Source: a virus (Duplodnaviria; Caudoviricetes). From it: DNA of 64,000 nucleotides. Where the stretch lies: positions 1 through 64,000 of the IMG/VR virus record IMGVR_UViG_3300035498_000732, one strand, 5' to 3'. The notes beneath the pieces were generated by a model. It was given only the letters and a program-made list of their open reading frames with translations, ran no database searches and had not been told where the DNA came from. The position numbers and the translations under genes were made by a program. Positions 41,001 to 49,771 of the stretch are shown here, piece after piece (positions within the stretch are counted from its first letter, which is position 1; every line of letters begins with the position of its first letter).

Positions 41001-44000
41001 TGAAGGGTGATGGACTTAATATTCCTGGATATGGGAATATAAGGCTGAGACCTGAATTTGGTGGTACACCTAGAAATAAAACTATTACTAGTCTTGATGG
41101 TACTTATGTATATGATGAGGAAAGCCATGAATATGAAGCTGCTGATGCAGAGACAAGAGCTGCTGATGCAAAGAAAGAAAAGTTAAAAGATTCTCTTATT
41201 TCTATTCCTGATAAGCTCAATAATGTTATTGATGCCCTTGGTGGAACAGAAGATGCTGATGACAAAGAGAAAGAGAGTAATGGATTCTTATCCAGTATTC
41301 TTTCTATGCTTGGATTAACAGGAGCATCTGGTATTGGAGCTACTATTCTTAAATTTGCTAGTAAAGGCATTGGATTTGCTATGACTTTACTTGGTCCAAT
41401 TGCTGCAGCTGCTTTGATGGGAACATTCTTCTCTGGTAAACTTGATGGAATAATTAATACTTTTAGCAGTACTATAGGATCATACATAATGAAATTGCTT
41501 GGAGCTGATGAAGATGTAGATACTATTAAGAGTAATATCAGTCAAAGTGGAGAGAATGGTGAAGATGGAGCATCAGATATAGTTAAGTATTCATTGACTA
41601 AGGATTTCCTGAAAGGTGGTAAACACTTTAAAGCATTTTTTAGAAAAGCAAATGAAAAGCTTGCAAATAATAAGTTATTTAGAAATGCAACAGTTCTTAC
41701 CAAAGGAACTAATTTTGTATCTAATGCTTATAATACTATAGCTAATAAATTATTTGGCGGGGCTAAGGATGCTGCAGAAACAGTTGTAGAAGATAGTTCA
41801 GAAAGTCTTTGGGGCAGTTTCTTAGAGCATAATGGCGATAATGCAGCTAGTGCAATAATGAATGAAGGGGATGATTTAGCTAGAGCTGCAGCAAGTGGAA
41901 ATAAAGAAGGTTTATTGAAGAAATTCACAGGATTATTTAAGAATAAGAATGTTGAAACAGCTGCAGAGAGTGGAGTTGAGAAAGCCGCAGAATCTTCAAT
42001 ATTGCAGAGTGCATTAAAGTCTTCTAAAGAGGCTGTGTCTAAGGTTCTTGCTGCTATTGCTGGACATCTTCCAGAAGGATTAAAGAATAATATAAGCAAA
42101 ATTAAAGATGCTATTGATAATCTTATAGAGACTCAGGCAAAGAAAAAGGCTGAGAAAGATGGAGTTGAAAATGCAGCAAAACTCATTCCTCTCGTAGGAA
42201 AAGTTGTTACTGTAGCATTCTTTGTAGCTGATTATCTTACAGGATACAATAAAGCATCTAGTATACTTGGAGTAGAGAATCCTACAGCATGTGAAAAGGT
42301 TATATCTGGACTCGTAAATGGTTTTCTTGGAATTGGCTTCTTTACATCATTAATTCCTTCAAAGTTATTCATTACGACTATGATTGATGTAATTGGCCCA
42401 TTACTTGGAATTGATAGTACTGAATTAAAGCAGAGACGTCAAGAATATGCCGACAAAGTGGAATCATATAATGAAGAGAATGGTACAAATTACTCTATAG
42501 AGCAATACAATTCTAGTGTAAATGGTGAGAAGGGATTCTTTGAAAAGACTATTAGCAATGTCAAGTCATTATTTAGTAGCAAAGCTAGAACTACTAGAGA
42601 TAGTATGCTGGATAGTGATGGCAATGTAGTAGCTGGAGCACTTGATAAGACTACTAAGAGATGGAAGAAATTCTGGCAGAAGAAGGTTGATAATGGAATG
42701 GATCAATCTTATGCAGAAGCTCTCTATAGAAATGAGATCTTACATGATTCTAGTATGTCATTGACAGATGATTATATTGCTGATCTTCAAGAAAAGATTC
42801 AGAAATATCAGCAGACTAGTGGATCTCAGCAGATTCCTGATATTACTGTGGATCTTAATGGACTTATTAGGCATAATAAAGCCAATGGCCAAAAAGGTGC
42901 TAATGTAAGTTATGGTGATACAACTACAGCAGATTATGTAGGTAATTATGCTTTAGGCGGTATCATAAAGAAAACTGGATTAGCAGCACTCTCTAAGGGA
43001 GAGATGGTAGTTGATAATGCTAAAGATGCTATAAGTGCTATTACTAGTAAATTATTTGGTGGACTTGGAAATGTAGATATCAGTGGATATGAGTCAGTTA
43101 CAGATCTTGGTACATTTATTTCTGATCTGATGAATCTTGATGTAAAGACAAATGGATGGGAAGAGTTCTGGAAAAAGGCAGATGCTGATGATGAAGATTC
43201 AGGTGCTTTAGCTCCAATCAAGAAACTGATTAAGAGATTAATTGCATCTATGGTAGCTCCTGTATTTGCCATGAATATGTCTATGAATAGTGTTGCTGGT
43301 ACATTTAGTAATACACTTGGTACATCTAATACCACAGATACTAGTGATCAAACTACCACTACAACAAGTAGTAGCAGTGGATCAAAGTCATTATTATCTA
43401 TGGCGGCTAGTGCTGCAAAAGGAGTATTATCTAAAGTATCTGGCGGCATTAAGAAATTCTTTGGTGGCGGAACTGGCAAAGAAGATTATGATTCAGAAGA
43501 TGGTACATTTATTTCACAGATAAGTGATAAGTATGCCAATCTTAGCTATGGCAATAGTACATTTGCTGATGAAGGATGTGCACCTGCTACAGCTGCAATG
43601 TTTTTGAATAATACCATGGGTAATCAATATGGAGCAAGCATTGAAGATGCTGCTAAATATGCTGTATCTGGTGGATACAAAGTAGACAATGATGGTACTA
43701 AGGATCAATTCTTTAAGGACTACTTTACTACTAAGGGTATTGATACTGAATCTATTCAAAATTCTAAAGGAATTTATGATAGTATTGCTGCTGGTAAGCC
43801 TACTGTATTACTTGGGCAAGATGCAAAGAATACATCAAAGAAGAAATCTCCATTTGGGAAAGATCCTCATTATGTACTTGCTACTGGAGTAGATGAGAAT
43901 GGTAATATTATTGTAAATGATCCTGAAGCTAAGAAAGGCGGTAAAGCTTATAATAAGAGTATATTAAATGGAGTTAAGAATGCTATAGCTCCAAAGAAAA

Positions 44001-45628
44001 ATGGCGGTAGATCTGGATTAATGAAATCTAGATTGCTTAGTAAGCATTATGGCGGAGGAACTGCTCTTTCTGATATGCATATGGGTGAGAATGGTCTTAA
44101 TCTTCTCAAGAGTTTTGAGACATGCAAACTTACAGCATATAAAGGAGCTGGTGAATCAAATTGGACAATAGGCTGGGGCCACTGTGCATCTGATGTTAAA
44201 CAAGGCCAGACAATAACTCAATCTCAGGCTGATAATTACTTGAAGAAAGATGTTGTTGGCTCAGAAGATGCTGTAAAGAAGTATATGGCCAATGCATCAT
44301 TTACTCCAAATCAAAATCAGTTCGATGCATTAGTTGATTATGTATATAATAGAGGGTCTGGAGCAGCAAAAGAATTATTCAATAATTGTAAAACAGTTGA
44401 AGAGTTCTCCAATGGTATTTTGAAATATTGGGGGAGTAATACTGCATCTTACAAAGGAATAATGAATAGGCGTAAAGCCGAGTATAATTTGTTCAATTCC
44501 TCAAAAGATAATGTAGTTACAGATACTTCAGATTCATCTACTAGCACAGATTCAAGCAGTAGTTCATCCTCTGATGGTATTTCAGGACTGTTTACCAATG
44601 GAGTAAAGAAGATCCTCACATCCATGTATGGCAGTGATGTTGTTAATTTCGTATATGGAGATGATAGTGATGATGATGATAGTAGTAGTTCAGATGATAC
44701 ATCATCAACTGATACAACATCTTCTACCAGTGCTGCAACTATAACTGACAATGGTGCAACTGTAAGTTCATCTACAACTATAGGTGAAGCCGTAGCCAAA
44801 GATGCATATAATTACATAGGTAATAAGTATGTACTTGGTGGCAATGATCTTAATAATGGTATTGATTGCTCTGGATTTGCACAGCAATTGTACAAGAAGC
44901 AGGGATTTACAATACCAGAACGTCATTCATCTAATCAGTATACTGATAGTACTACTGGTAAAACAATTAGTGGAGGATCATTCAAAGATCTTAAACCTGG
45001 TGATGTAATGTTCTTCTCTAATAATGGAAAAGCTAGTGGAATACATCATGTTGGTATATATGTCGGCAATGATACAATGGTTCATGCCTCCAATAGTTCT
45101 CCATATCCAAAGGGCGGTGTCAAAGAAACTAAGAATCTTTCAACCAACTCATATTATGTGAAAGAATATGTAGGTGCTAAGAGGTATGGATCTGGTTCTG
45201 GACTCATTGATCAGAGTAAGGTTGTTGATGCAAACAGATTATTTGGCGGAGCTGCATCATCTACAGAAGGATCGATTTCTTCTACTAATGCTGTAAAAGC
45301 TCGTAAAGCTAAAGAGAATAGTACTGCTTATCAGATGTCTGATGGTATTAAGTCTATTGCCAGTAGTATTTCAAATACTGATTTATCATCTATTACAGAT
45401 TCTATTAGCAGCTTGCTTGAAGTACTTAATAAGATTGCAGACAATACATCAGTTATTGCTACTATATGTGATCTTATTAAGAAGATTATACCTGACAATG
45501 GTGATAATGAATCATCATCTACTACTAAAGCAGATACTACTTTAAGTTCTTCTGGCAATAAGGCTACTACAGACGATGAGAAAGTTACTCAAGTTGTAGA
45601 CATTCTTATGAAATTAGCTCAAGCTTAA
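35054..45628 (+). CDS. Tape-measure protein with C-terminal C39-like peptidase, GH24 lysozyme and NlpC/P60 domains
   Basis: 3524 aa; Gly/Ala hydrophobic stretches; GCAP..HYV..NDP; FE..LTAY..WTIGWGH; DCSGF..HVGIY..HAS; late promoter 35016-35027. Confidence 0.9.
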   Translation: MAMFNGIKYVKNLTKSFGYAMVDVVGDMNPTLKSFTETNQELGKELYATVTDWKGTVKKAKTAIVESDVYEFAKTYKENLFEDLKNGTFYNKARKDEYEVRLSGWSDEQLKEDFGDMFDDDDDINFDDWDEDDLRSDLFIAESMDDVGEKISAANAEVTTKSAEYIVRGQKESTKILYQQNNALMGQALKGMAAINSNLGQLAGMPEMMQVQVNNASKFFEDTTGRLDHITELLENISNNTNLSNEFNQSNEKSDDFTFSDIIDSKGMPNLKKYFSVIKKNIANSSSEFDMLGNLFGGGNVALTFAASPLEELMKAAVKQVIPKVLSSSMDRFNSTLQGFFGSLISKINGGYGSDNPIINWVSKIFGIDSSLNTDIDPSRYEKGKVAWDGVSRKALVEVIPGQLSKIVSALTGESPLVFDPESGTMKSITDIYDNAKNRVKNSANYAGSDVRAQIYDVLDKSKYSFRSYNEKKRFEDDLNRFFMYAFNAGGIDGRAIKRRGEGGLSDIGIDNSKLLEGIFEKISETEEGRNSLLNLNRRILRERDSLSNHTKYMERKGSIESYLSNGMFDDYLYEFESDDNKKLRAAGYSTMDSLSGVQTFAKQIDDYGHNIFYYLQEQLMRLDKIYEFTDYMVENGVNGDWIPRSDLDQDRHLILTGGSTIDNNRLIRARIITPSGHYVRRPPSKLNEIEPDEYLEKTTAKYILDDYNRRQSENYINERNSYRQDNPDFMETYNDDTSGEFSFKVDVERDIENREEKNRDKNWIDRLLSEKTLEGKLGVFQEKTQDFLNKPLLWVSNMLDSANEKVYKLIYGTDIEKDLEEKGLIGILSDSIHNTFDNVNLWIDDNILAPLKAKLGLRGEEGGLLTKVADVMGWDIEKFKRDKARGIFGTYDEDTKTRSGGLLGDYMQSVKDAAKDVAKWGTGSVRDVRDTVSNGLGLNEIVNPYADTETEAGSSYDHSNAIISALNNASIKADYDPVQAGYDMYDQIFGNSEPEAPKPKNKYINEENENRVAEMLNSINGYAVGGQVKKTGIAAVSEGELIIPSELNPYYKGTTNKAQQMKDEDNAVKKFFGKYASGTTDVGDGNNGYIINIAINKVADKLKKANTTREEIAQYLQDNPPDKELDADGEISYYVNLAKKYLNKKISEYAINKLTGAKKKIVKYDNSAGNYTLSDGTVMTMKAGEYVKKVGGEAKLFASNSKSFLGDSFGQLGSAFKSVAEVYHRSTDNRKGSDTPESQAFDEMIDDVKENFTKDYAGATTVGAGIGGLASLITGAVGGPLLGAAVGGAVGLTLKSNKVQDWLFGKEVDTDEGKKLEGGVLSEQASKFIKEKLPDLAKFGLVGGAAGTITGHPLLGTFIGSGIGFAKNSEKFQSLLFNTTNKQGHTTKGLFNMTSEQFNDMIAKRLPKMGAGAIAGLALGPFGLVPNLVIGSAIGFASDTNTFKDTLLGKVNEKTNKREGGLIEELTKTIFKPFVNFGKNTVDRLTKWLDDEIMGRISKSIEPIAHYFETQGLRFARWIGRGFKGVGNAIGGSTTGRRIYRRIIEPVRNAAGNLANTAIDIAKAPITFGAKALENRAMAGQAHDIRLGYTDNLTIDEVMDQYKNNPFLTNYADGNVPLEIENTKDANMYRMQAGVYDLKKAGDLKRLKDLQGAVDAMGNISTTYKQKQKNIIAEMRDKTLNDYNIRQSNKDRLVGLVKAGKLNEDNIDEYLSDIKAVNGESFSYDDRNKLREALLTGAGKLADLKSDYTTLDENGKSVFEKNQKKIIEQQMKDFGIADDKFAKFIFGNQVQRERFAELLGNTINKMEEENIHDEDKSPEEKIGESVEDNVNNLNNHMQDRHDELIDLIKQAINTIAARTGGERQFAENGDYIGENSPVNSKGATNKAKDIVEDAEKKANESLTDNPSDKFKFDQDLANEDYLNAADEAKKRQDDATADIENFATAATGGKVNKSGLAAVSKGELILPEFYGKFADGGIIGALKGDGLNIPGYGNIRLRPEFGGTPRNKTITSLDGTYVYDEESHEYEAADAETRAADAKKEKLKDSLISIPDKLNNVIDALGGTEDADDKEKESNGFLSSILSMLGLTGASGIGATILKFASKGIGFAMTLLGPIAAAALMGTFFSGKLDGIINTFSSTIGSYIMKLLGADEDVDTIKSNISQSGENGEDGASDIVKYSLTKDFLKGGKHFKAFFRKANEKLANNKLFRNATVLTKGTNFVSNAYNTIANKLFGGAKDAAETVVEDSSESLWGSFLEHNGDNAASAIMNEGDDLARAAASGNKEGLLKKFTGLFKNKNVETAAESGVEKAAESSILQSALKSSKEAVSKVLAAIAGHLPEGLKNNISKIKDAIDNLIETQAKKKAEKDGVENAAKLIPLVGKVVTVAFFVADYLTGYNKASSILGVENPTACEKVISGLVNGFLGIGFFTSLIPSKLFITTMIDVIGPLLGIDSTELKQRRQEYADKVESYNEENGTNYSIEQYNSSVNGEKGFFEKTISNVKSLFSSKARTTRDSMLDSDGNVVAGALDKTTKRWKKFWQKKVDNGMDQSYAEALYRNEILHDSSMSLTDDYIADLQEKIQKYQQTSGSQQIPDITVDLNGLIRHNKANGQKGANVSYGDTTTADYVGNYALGGIIKKTGLAALSKGEMVVDNAKDAISAITSKLFGGLGNVDISGYESVTDLGTFISDLMNLDVKTNGWEEFWKKADADDEDSGALAPIKKLIKRLIASMVAPVFAMNMSMNSVAGTFSNTLGTSNTTDTSDQTTTTTSSSSGSKSLLSMAASAAKGVLSKVSGGIKKFFGGGTGKEDYDSEDGTFISQISDKYANLSYGNSTFADEGCAPATAAMFLNNTMGNQYGASIEDAAKYAVSGGYKVDNDGTKDQFFKDYFTTKGIDTESIQNSKGIYDSIAAGKPTVLLGQDAKNTSKKKSPFGKDPHYVLATGVDENGNIIVNDPEAKKGGKAYNKSILNGVKNAIAPKKNGGRSGLMKSRLLSKHYGGGTALSDMHMGENGLNLLKSFETCKLTAYKGAGESNWTIGWGHCASDVKQGQTITQSQADNYLKKDVVGSEDAVKKYMANASFTPNQNQFDALVDYVYNRGSGAAKELFNNCKTVEEFSNGILKYWGSNTASYKGIMNRRKAEYNLFNSSKDNVVTDTSDSSTSTDSSSSSSSDGISGLFTNGVKKILTSMYGSDVVNFVYGDDSDDDDSSSSDDTSSTDTTSSTSAATITDNGATVSSSTTIGEAVAKDAYNYIGNKYVLGGNDLNNGIDCSGFAQQLYKKQGFTIPERHSSNQYTDSTTGKTISGGSFKDLKPGDVMFFSNNGKASGIHHVGIYVGNDTMVHASNSSPYPKGGVKETKNLSTNSYYVKEYVGAKRYGSGSGLIDQSKVVDANRLFGGAASSTEGSISSTNAVKARKAKENSTAYQMSDGIKSIASSISNTDLSSITDSISSLLEVLNKIADNTSVIATICDLIKKIIPDNGDNESSSTTKADTTLSSSGNKATTDDEKVTQVVDILMKLAQA

Positions 45629-45692
45629 ATAAATGCAGAGGGTAGATAGCCCTCTGCAACTTTTATGTAATTTAAGAAAGGGGGAATTAAGT

Positions 45693-47606
45693 ATGGCACT
45701 CCCATCGGGTTATTCTAGCACATCTCTAAAGGGTACTGTATCTGTAACAAGTGATACTATAGTAGCTTATCCAGTAAGCTCTGATGGATCTCCTACATTA
45801 TCAGGAACTATCACTGTTAAGCAGATATCTAATGGAGGTAATAAAAAAGAAGTAAAAACAACAAAGACATTTAATGGAACTAGTTGTATTCAATATGATG
45901 ATGATACTACTTTTACTCATCTTATATATGTAAAAGCCAGTACGGTATATGGAACTAATTCTAAGCTATTAGATAAAAAAGGCAAAAGCTATGCAGCTAC
46001 AAAGTATTATATATCTAATCTAACTGCAGGAGTATCAATAACAAATCTAGCAAATAAAACTACAGCACAAGCAACTAAAGCGAGTACCAAGACTAGTTCT
46101 ACCACTAGTAGCAGTAGTGATGCAACCACAACAGATACTACAGAAGATACTGGAGTAGAAGCTGATGTAAGTGCTGGTGCTACCACTACTAAGATTACTA
46201 GTGATGTGGTTATGACTGGAGATTTTCTATCTAATTCTATGGATGGAATATTTGGATTACCATACCAATGGCTTCCAGATACAGACACTAGATTAGATGA
46301 TTCAGAATTTGGCAGAATGTATGCCACTAAGATAGCAGCAAGAATGCCATTATTATTTCTCACCCCAGGAACTCCAGCATTTATGCCAGGTGCAAGCGAT
46401 GATACTAAGGCTAATGTAAAGAGTACTATTGTAGAATCATTATTGGATAACGGTAGTGCTTTATCCAGTAAAGTAGAGACAGCAGTAGAAGCATTACTCG
46501 GAAGTGCAGAAGATGAAGGATGCGCTAAATATTATTCTATGAATTTTGCATACGATGATTACTATTCATATGTCAATCCAATGTGCCAGATTACCGCAAA
46601 ACTACTTGGATTAGATAAAAAAAGTATCACAATAAATAAAAAGACAAAATCTCTTACAGCATTTACATGGCAAGATGCTCTCAGTGGAGATTTTTCTGAT
46701 TATTTTTCTGCGGTTAATGCTATCCCATTCTATATTGATGCTGCTACATCAGTAAGTGAATCTTTCAATAATGATACTACTGCATCTGCATTAGCTAGTG
46801 CAGCTAAGTCTGCCTCTAGTGGTGCTAAAGAATTGAATTTCTTAATGGGTACTGCTAGTTCTATTGGAAAAGAAGGTGGATTATTTGATACAGTAAACAG
46901 TGCACTTGATGAAATTAAATCCGGAATAACTGGTGTAAGTAGTGCATCTAGATTTCTTAATAATGTAACGAATGGATTGACGTCTATAGCTCAAGGTGGC
47001 GCTATGCTATTCCCAGAGATATGGGATAGTAGCTCATTTGGCCGTAGCTATAGTATTAATATTAAATTAAGATCTCCAGATTGTGATGATTTATCAATAT
47101 ATTTGAATGAATTAGTTCCATTATATCACTTATTAGGAATGGTTGCTCCTCATACCTTGAATAAGAACTATAATACCTATTCATCTCCATTCTTGGTAAG
47201 AGCATATTGCAAGGGAATGTTTAATATTGATATGGGAATCATTACATCAATGGATGTATCAAAAGGTAAAGAAGGATCTTGGAATGCAAATGGTCTTCCT
47301 ACAGAGATAGATGTATCTCTTACCATTAAAGATCTATATGAGTTATTTAGTATCACTGCAGCCGATACATCCCTTACCAAAGTATTATCTAGTCCTCTAG
47401 ATATTATTAAGAATACATCTATGATGGATTACTTATGTAATACAGCTGGTGTTAATATCAATAAAGCAGAGATTCAGAGAAATGTACAAATATATTTAAT
47501 GCTTGTGACAAATAATGTCAAGAATTGGCCTAGCAATAAATGGCTTCAATTCCAGACAGCTGTTGATAATAAGCTTCACACCATGTTCAGTCGGCGAAGT
47601 AAGTAA
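45693..47606 (+). CDS. Putative baseplate hub / tail-tube-related protein
   Basis: FPEIW.SSSF.RSYS.NIKLRSP and GLPTEIDVSLTIKDL; follows tape measure; own late promoter. Confidence 0.6.
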   Translation: MALPSGYSSTSLKGTVSVTSDTIVAYPVSSDGSPTLSGTITVKQISNGGNKKEVKTTKTFNGTSCIQYDDDTTFTHLIYVKASTVYGTNSKLLDKKGKSYAATKYYISNLTAGVSITNLANKTTAQATKASTKTSSTTSSSSDATTTDTTEDTGVEADVSAGATTTKITSDVVMTGDFLSNSMDGIFGLPYQWLPDTDTRLDDSEFGRMYATKIAARMPLLFLTPGTPAFMPGASDDTKANVKSTIVESLLDNGSALSSKVETAVEALLGSAEDEGCAKYYSMNFAYDDYYSYVNPMCQITAKLLGLDKKSITINKKTKSLTAFTWQDALSGDFSDYFSAVNAIPFYIDAATSVSESFNNDTTASALASAAKSASSGAKELNFLMGTASSIGKEGGLFDTVNSALDEIKSGITGVSSASRFLNNVTNGLTSIAQGGAMLFPEIWDSSSFGRSYSINIKLRSPDCDDLSIYLNELVPLYHLLGMVAPHTLNKNYNTYSSPFLVRAYCKGMFNIDMGIITSMDVSKGKEGSWNANGLPTEIDVSLTIKDLYELFSITAADTSLTKVLSSPLDIIKNTSMMDYLCNTAGVNINKAEIQRNVQIYLMLVTNNVKNWPSNKWLQFQTAVDNKLHTMFSRRSK

Positions 47607-47661
47607 AAAATAATTGCCCCTTCCACTTCAATATAAGTTTTATAGTGGGAGGGGATTTATT

Positions 47662-48405
47662 ATTAAAAATCGTAAACAGAAATCGCAAGATTATGAAAAG
47701 AAGTACTCTCAGATACCTAGAGATAGAGAAGAGAGATTAAGTTGGATGGTAGATCATTATAATCTATCTCCTAATAAGATGGATGAAATCATTGAAAAGA
47801 AAAGGAATATGGAATTTTATCTTCAATATTACAATTATAAGATTGTATTATATGAGATACCAGAAGGAATGCCTAGACCTAGATTTAGGTTCATAAATAA
47901 GAATAATTATATGATGGCTGCTATGTCTAATCCTAACTTTGTTCAAGTATATTCTCCTACTGCTGGAGATGATTTTAGATTCATGAGAAAATTACAAGAA
48001 GATGAGTTGATACAATTACAACAATTTGTACAAACTCCTTGTGAAGTATACATAGAATCTTATTTTCAGACACCATCATATTTCAATATAACAGATGTAT
48101 TTATAGCAGAGATTGGACTACATCCACAAGTATTAAAACCAGATTGGGATAATATTGGAAAGAAATATTCTGATATGTATAATCACAATATCTGGTTAGA
48201 TGATTCACTAGTAATAGATGGACGAGTAAGAAAGTTTTATTCTATTCTTCCAAGAGTAGAGATATATTTACGCTATCTTAATTATGCCACCAATATTCAT
48301 CAATATAAAAATATCACAGGACGTAAGGAATATAAACCTGAATATCCTATAAACTATTTAGATCAGAAAGGAGAACCATATGGCAAAAGTTGGATCGACA
48401 CTTAG
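47662..48405 (+). CDS. rusA: RusA-like Holliday junction resolvase (probable ATT start)
   Basis: PRPRF, KPDWDNIGK..D, IWLDDSLV, PRVEI. Confidence 0.85.
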   Translation: MKNRKQKSQDYEKKYSQIPRDREERLSWMVDHYNLSPNKMDEIIEKKRNMEFYLQYYNYKIVLYEIPEGMPRPRFRFINKNNYMMAAMSNPNFVQVYSPTAGDDFRFMRKLQEDELIQLQQFVQTPCEVYIESYFQTPSYFNITDVFIAEIGLHPQVLKPDWDNIGKKYSDMYNHNIWLDDSLVIDGRVRKFYSILPRVEIYLRYLNYATNIHQYKNITGRKEYKPEYPINYLDQKGEPYGKSWIDT

Positions 48406-48748
48406 ACAAGAGCTACTTCAGAATTTTTATGATGAAAGTATGATGAACACAATAGCAAAATCTATAGTAGATAATTTAAATTGCAAAGCTACTATTAAAT
48501 ATATTGACCCCGCATCTAAGCAGATTGCAATTACTGTAAAATCGAAAGATAAAACATCTTTCGCTATGTATGATGTGATATCTAATTCAATCATTAAAGC
48601 CATATATCCAATAAGATCTGATTTATCCATGGTTGCTCAATTGGATTATAGCAAAGCTATGACTAATGCATGTAACTTCAATACTATGTATAATGCTACA
48701 ATTACCCCAATTAATGGAACATCATCTATACTTACAGTATATCTTTGA
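48380..48748 (+). CDS. Hypothetical protein
   Basis: AAGGAG RBS; bidirectional terminator 48756-48780. Confidence 0.75.
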   Translation: MAKVGSTLRQELLQNFYDESMMNTIAKSIVDNLNCKATIKYIDPASKQIAITVKSKDKTSFAMYDVISNSIIKAIYPIRSDLSMVAQLDYSKAMTNACNFNTMYNATITPINGTSSILTVYL

Positions 48749-48790
48749 TAAAAATCCCGGTAGGATTATTTCCTACCGGGTTTATTTTTC

Positions 48791-49732
48791 TTAAGATACA
48801 ATTGCCTTAATAGAATCAGAACTATAATCTTCAAGTTGAATTGTATTCAGCATCTCCATAAGGGTATAGATAGCTGTATTGGCTTCAATCAACTTATCAT
48901 AATTGATCTTGCCATCCTCAGCATATACCTTAGCAAGCTCTGGATTTCTCATAACTTCCTTAGAAGTACTCCTTACCATCTGCTCAAGTACAGATCTAGA
49001 TCTTCCAGTAGTAACAGAGTTCATTCTTGCTTTAGACATCATAACAGCTTCTTGCTGCTGAATATCAGCAGAATCATCTGTAGTCTCACCTTCTTCATTA
49101 CTCTGCTTAACAGCCTTGATTCTTTCAGCTGCTCCACGCATAATATCATCCATATCTAATTTATCTTGGATATTATCTGTAGCCATCTTCTCTTCTGCAT
49201 CTACTACACGCATTCTAATAGCATTAGTAATATCCTCAATCTCATCAGACTGAGATAAATTATCATAGAACTCCTGCTCATCATCTGGATCAATTGCATA
49301 TGTATCTGGATTATTTACATCAGCATCTTCAATAGCTTCTGTAATGTAATCATTAAGCATATTAGCAGCTTCAGATAAGAATAAAGTCTTACCATTCATT
49401 CTTCTAATAAGATTATCAGCACCATTTTCAGTTACATATTTATGCAATGCTGAAATGCCGATTCCTTTAGCAAAATCAGATACACTATTCATATCTAATA
49501 CTGTCTCATAAATACTCTGAAGCATTCCAGTTACATAAGTTTCAGATACACTCTTTTTGAAATCTGCATATGCTCTAACCTTATTTGCTCTCTTCATATC
49601 TGCAGATTCTTTTAATGAATTTACTTTTCTATATTCAGAATCTAAAGCTACTTGTTCAGCATAGGCAGTTTTTCTCTGAATCTCTTCTTTAGCCTTTTGG
49701 CTTTCATAGATATCTAAATAACTAAATCCCAT
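48791..49732 (-). CDS. Putative virion (head) structural protein
   Basis: Late promoter 49757-49768; several xxE|S/A-type candidate sites. Confidence 0.6.
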   Translation of the reverse strand: MGFSYLDIYESQKAKEEIQRKTAYAEQVALDSEYRKVNSLKESADMKRANKVRAYADFKKSVSETYVTGMLQSIYETVLDMNSVSDFAKGIGISALHKYVTENGADNLIRRMNGKTLFLSEAANMLNDYITEAIEDADVNNPDTYAIDPDDEQEFYDNLSQSDEIEDITNAIRMRVVDAEEKMATDNIQDKLDMDDIMRGAAERIKAVKQSNEEGETTDDSADIQQQEAVMMSKARMNSVTTGRSRSVLEQMVRSTSKEVMRNPELAKVYAEDGKINYDKLIEANTAIYTLMEMLNTIQLEDYSSDSIKAIVS

Positions 49733-49771
49733 TTTAGTTCGACCTCCTTATTAAATTATATTGATGTTTTC

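Noticed and set aside
35054-45628. Many 60-130 aa antisense or alternate-frame ORFs inside the tape measure and other long genes
   Set aside because: Shadows of codon bias; no RBS or promoter.
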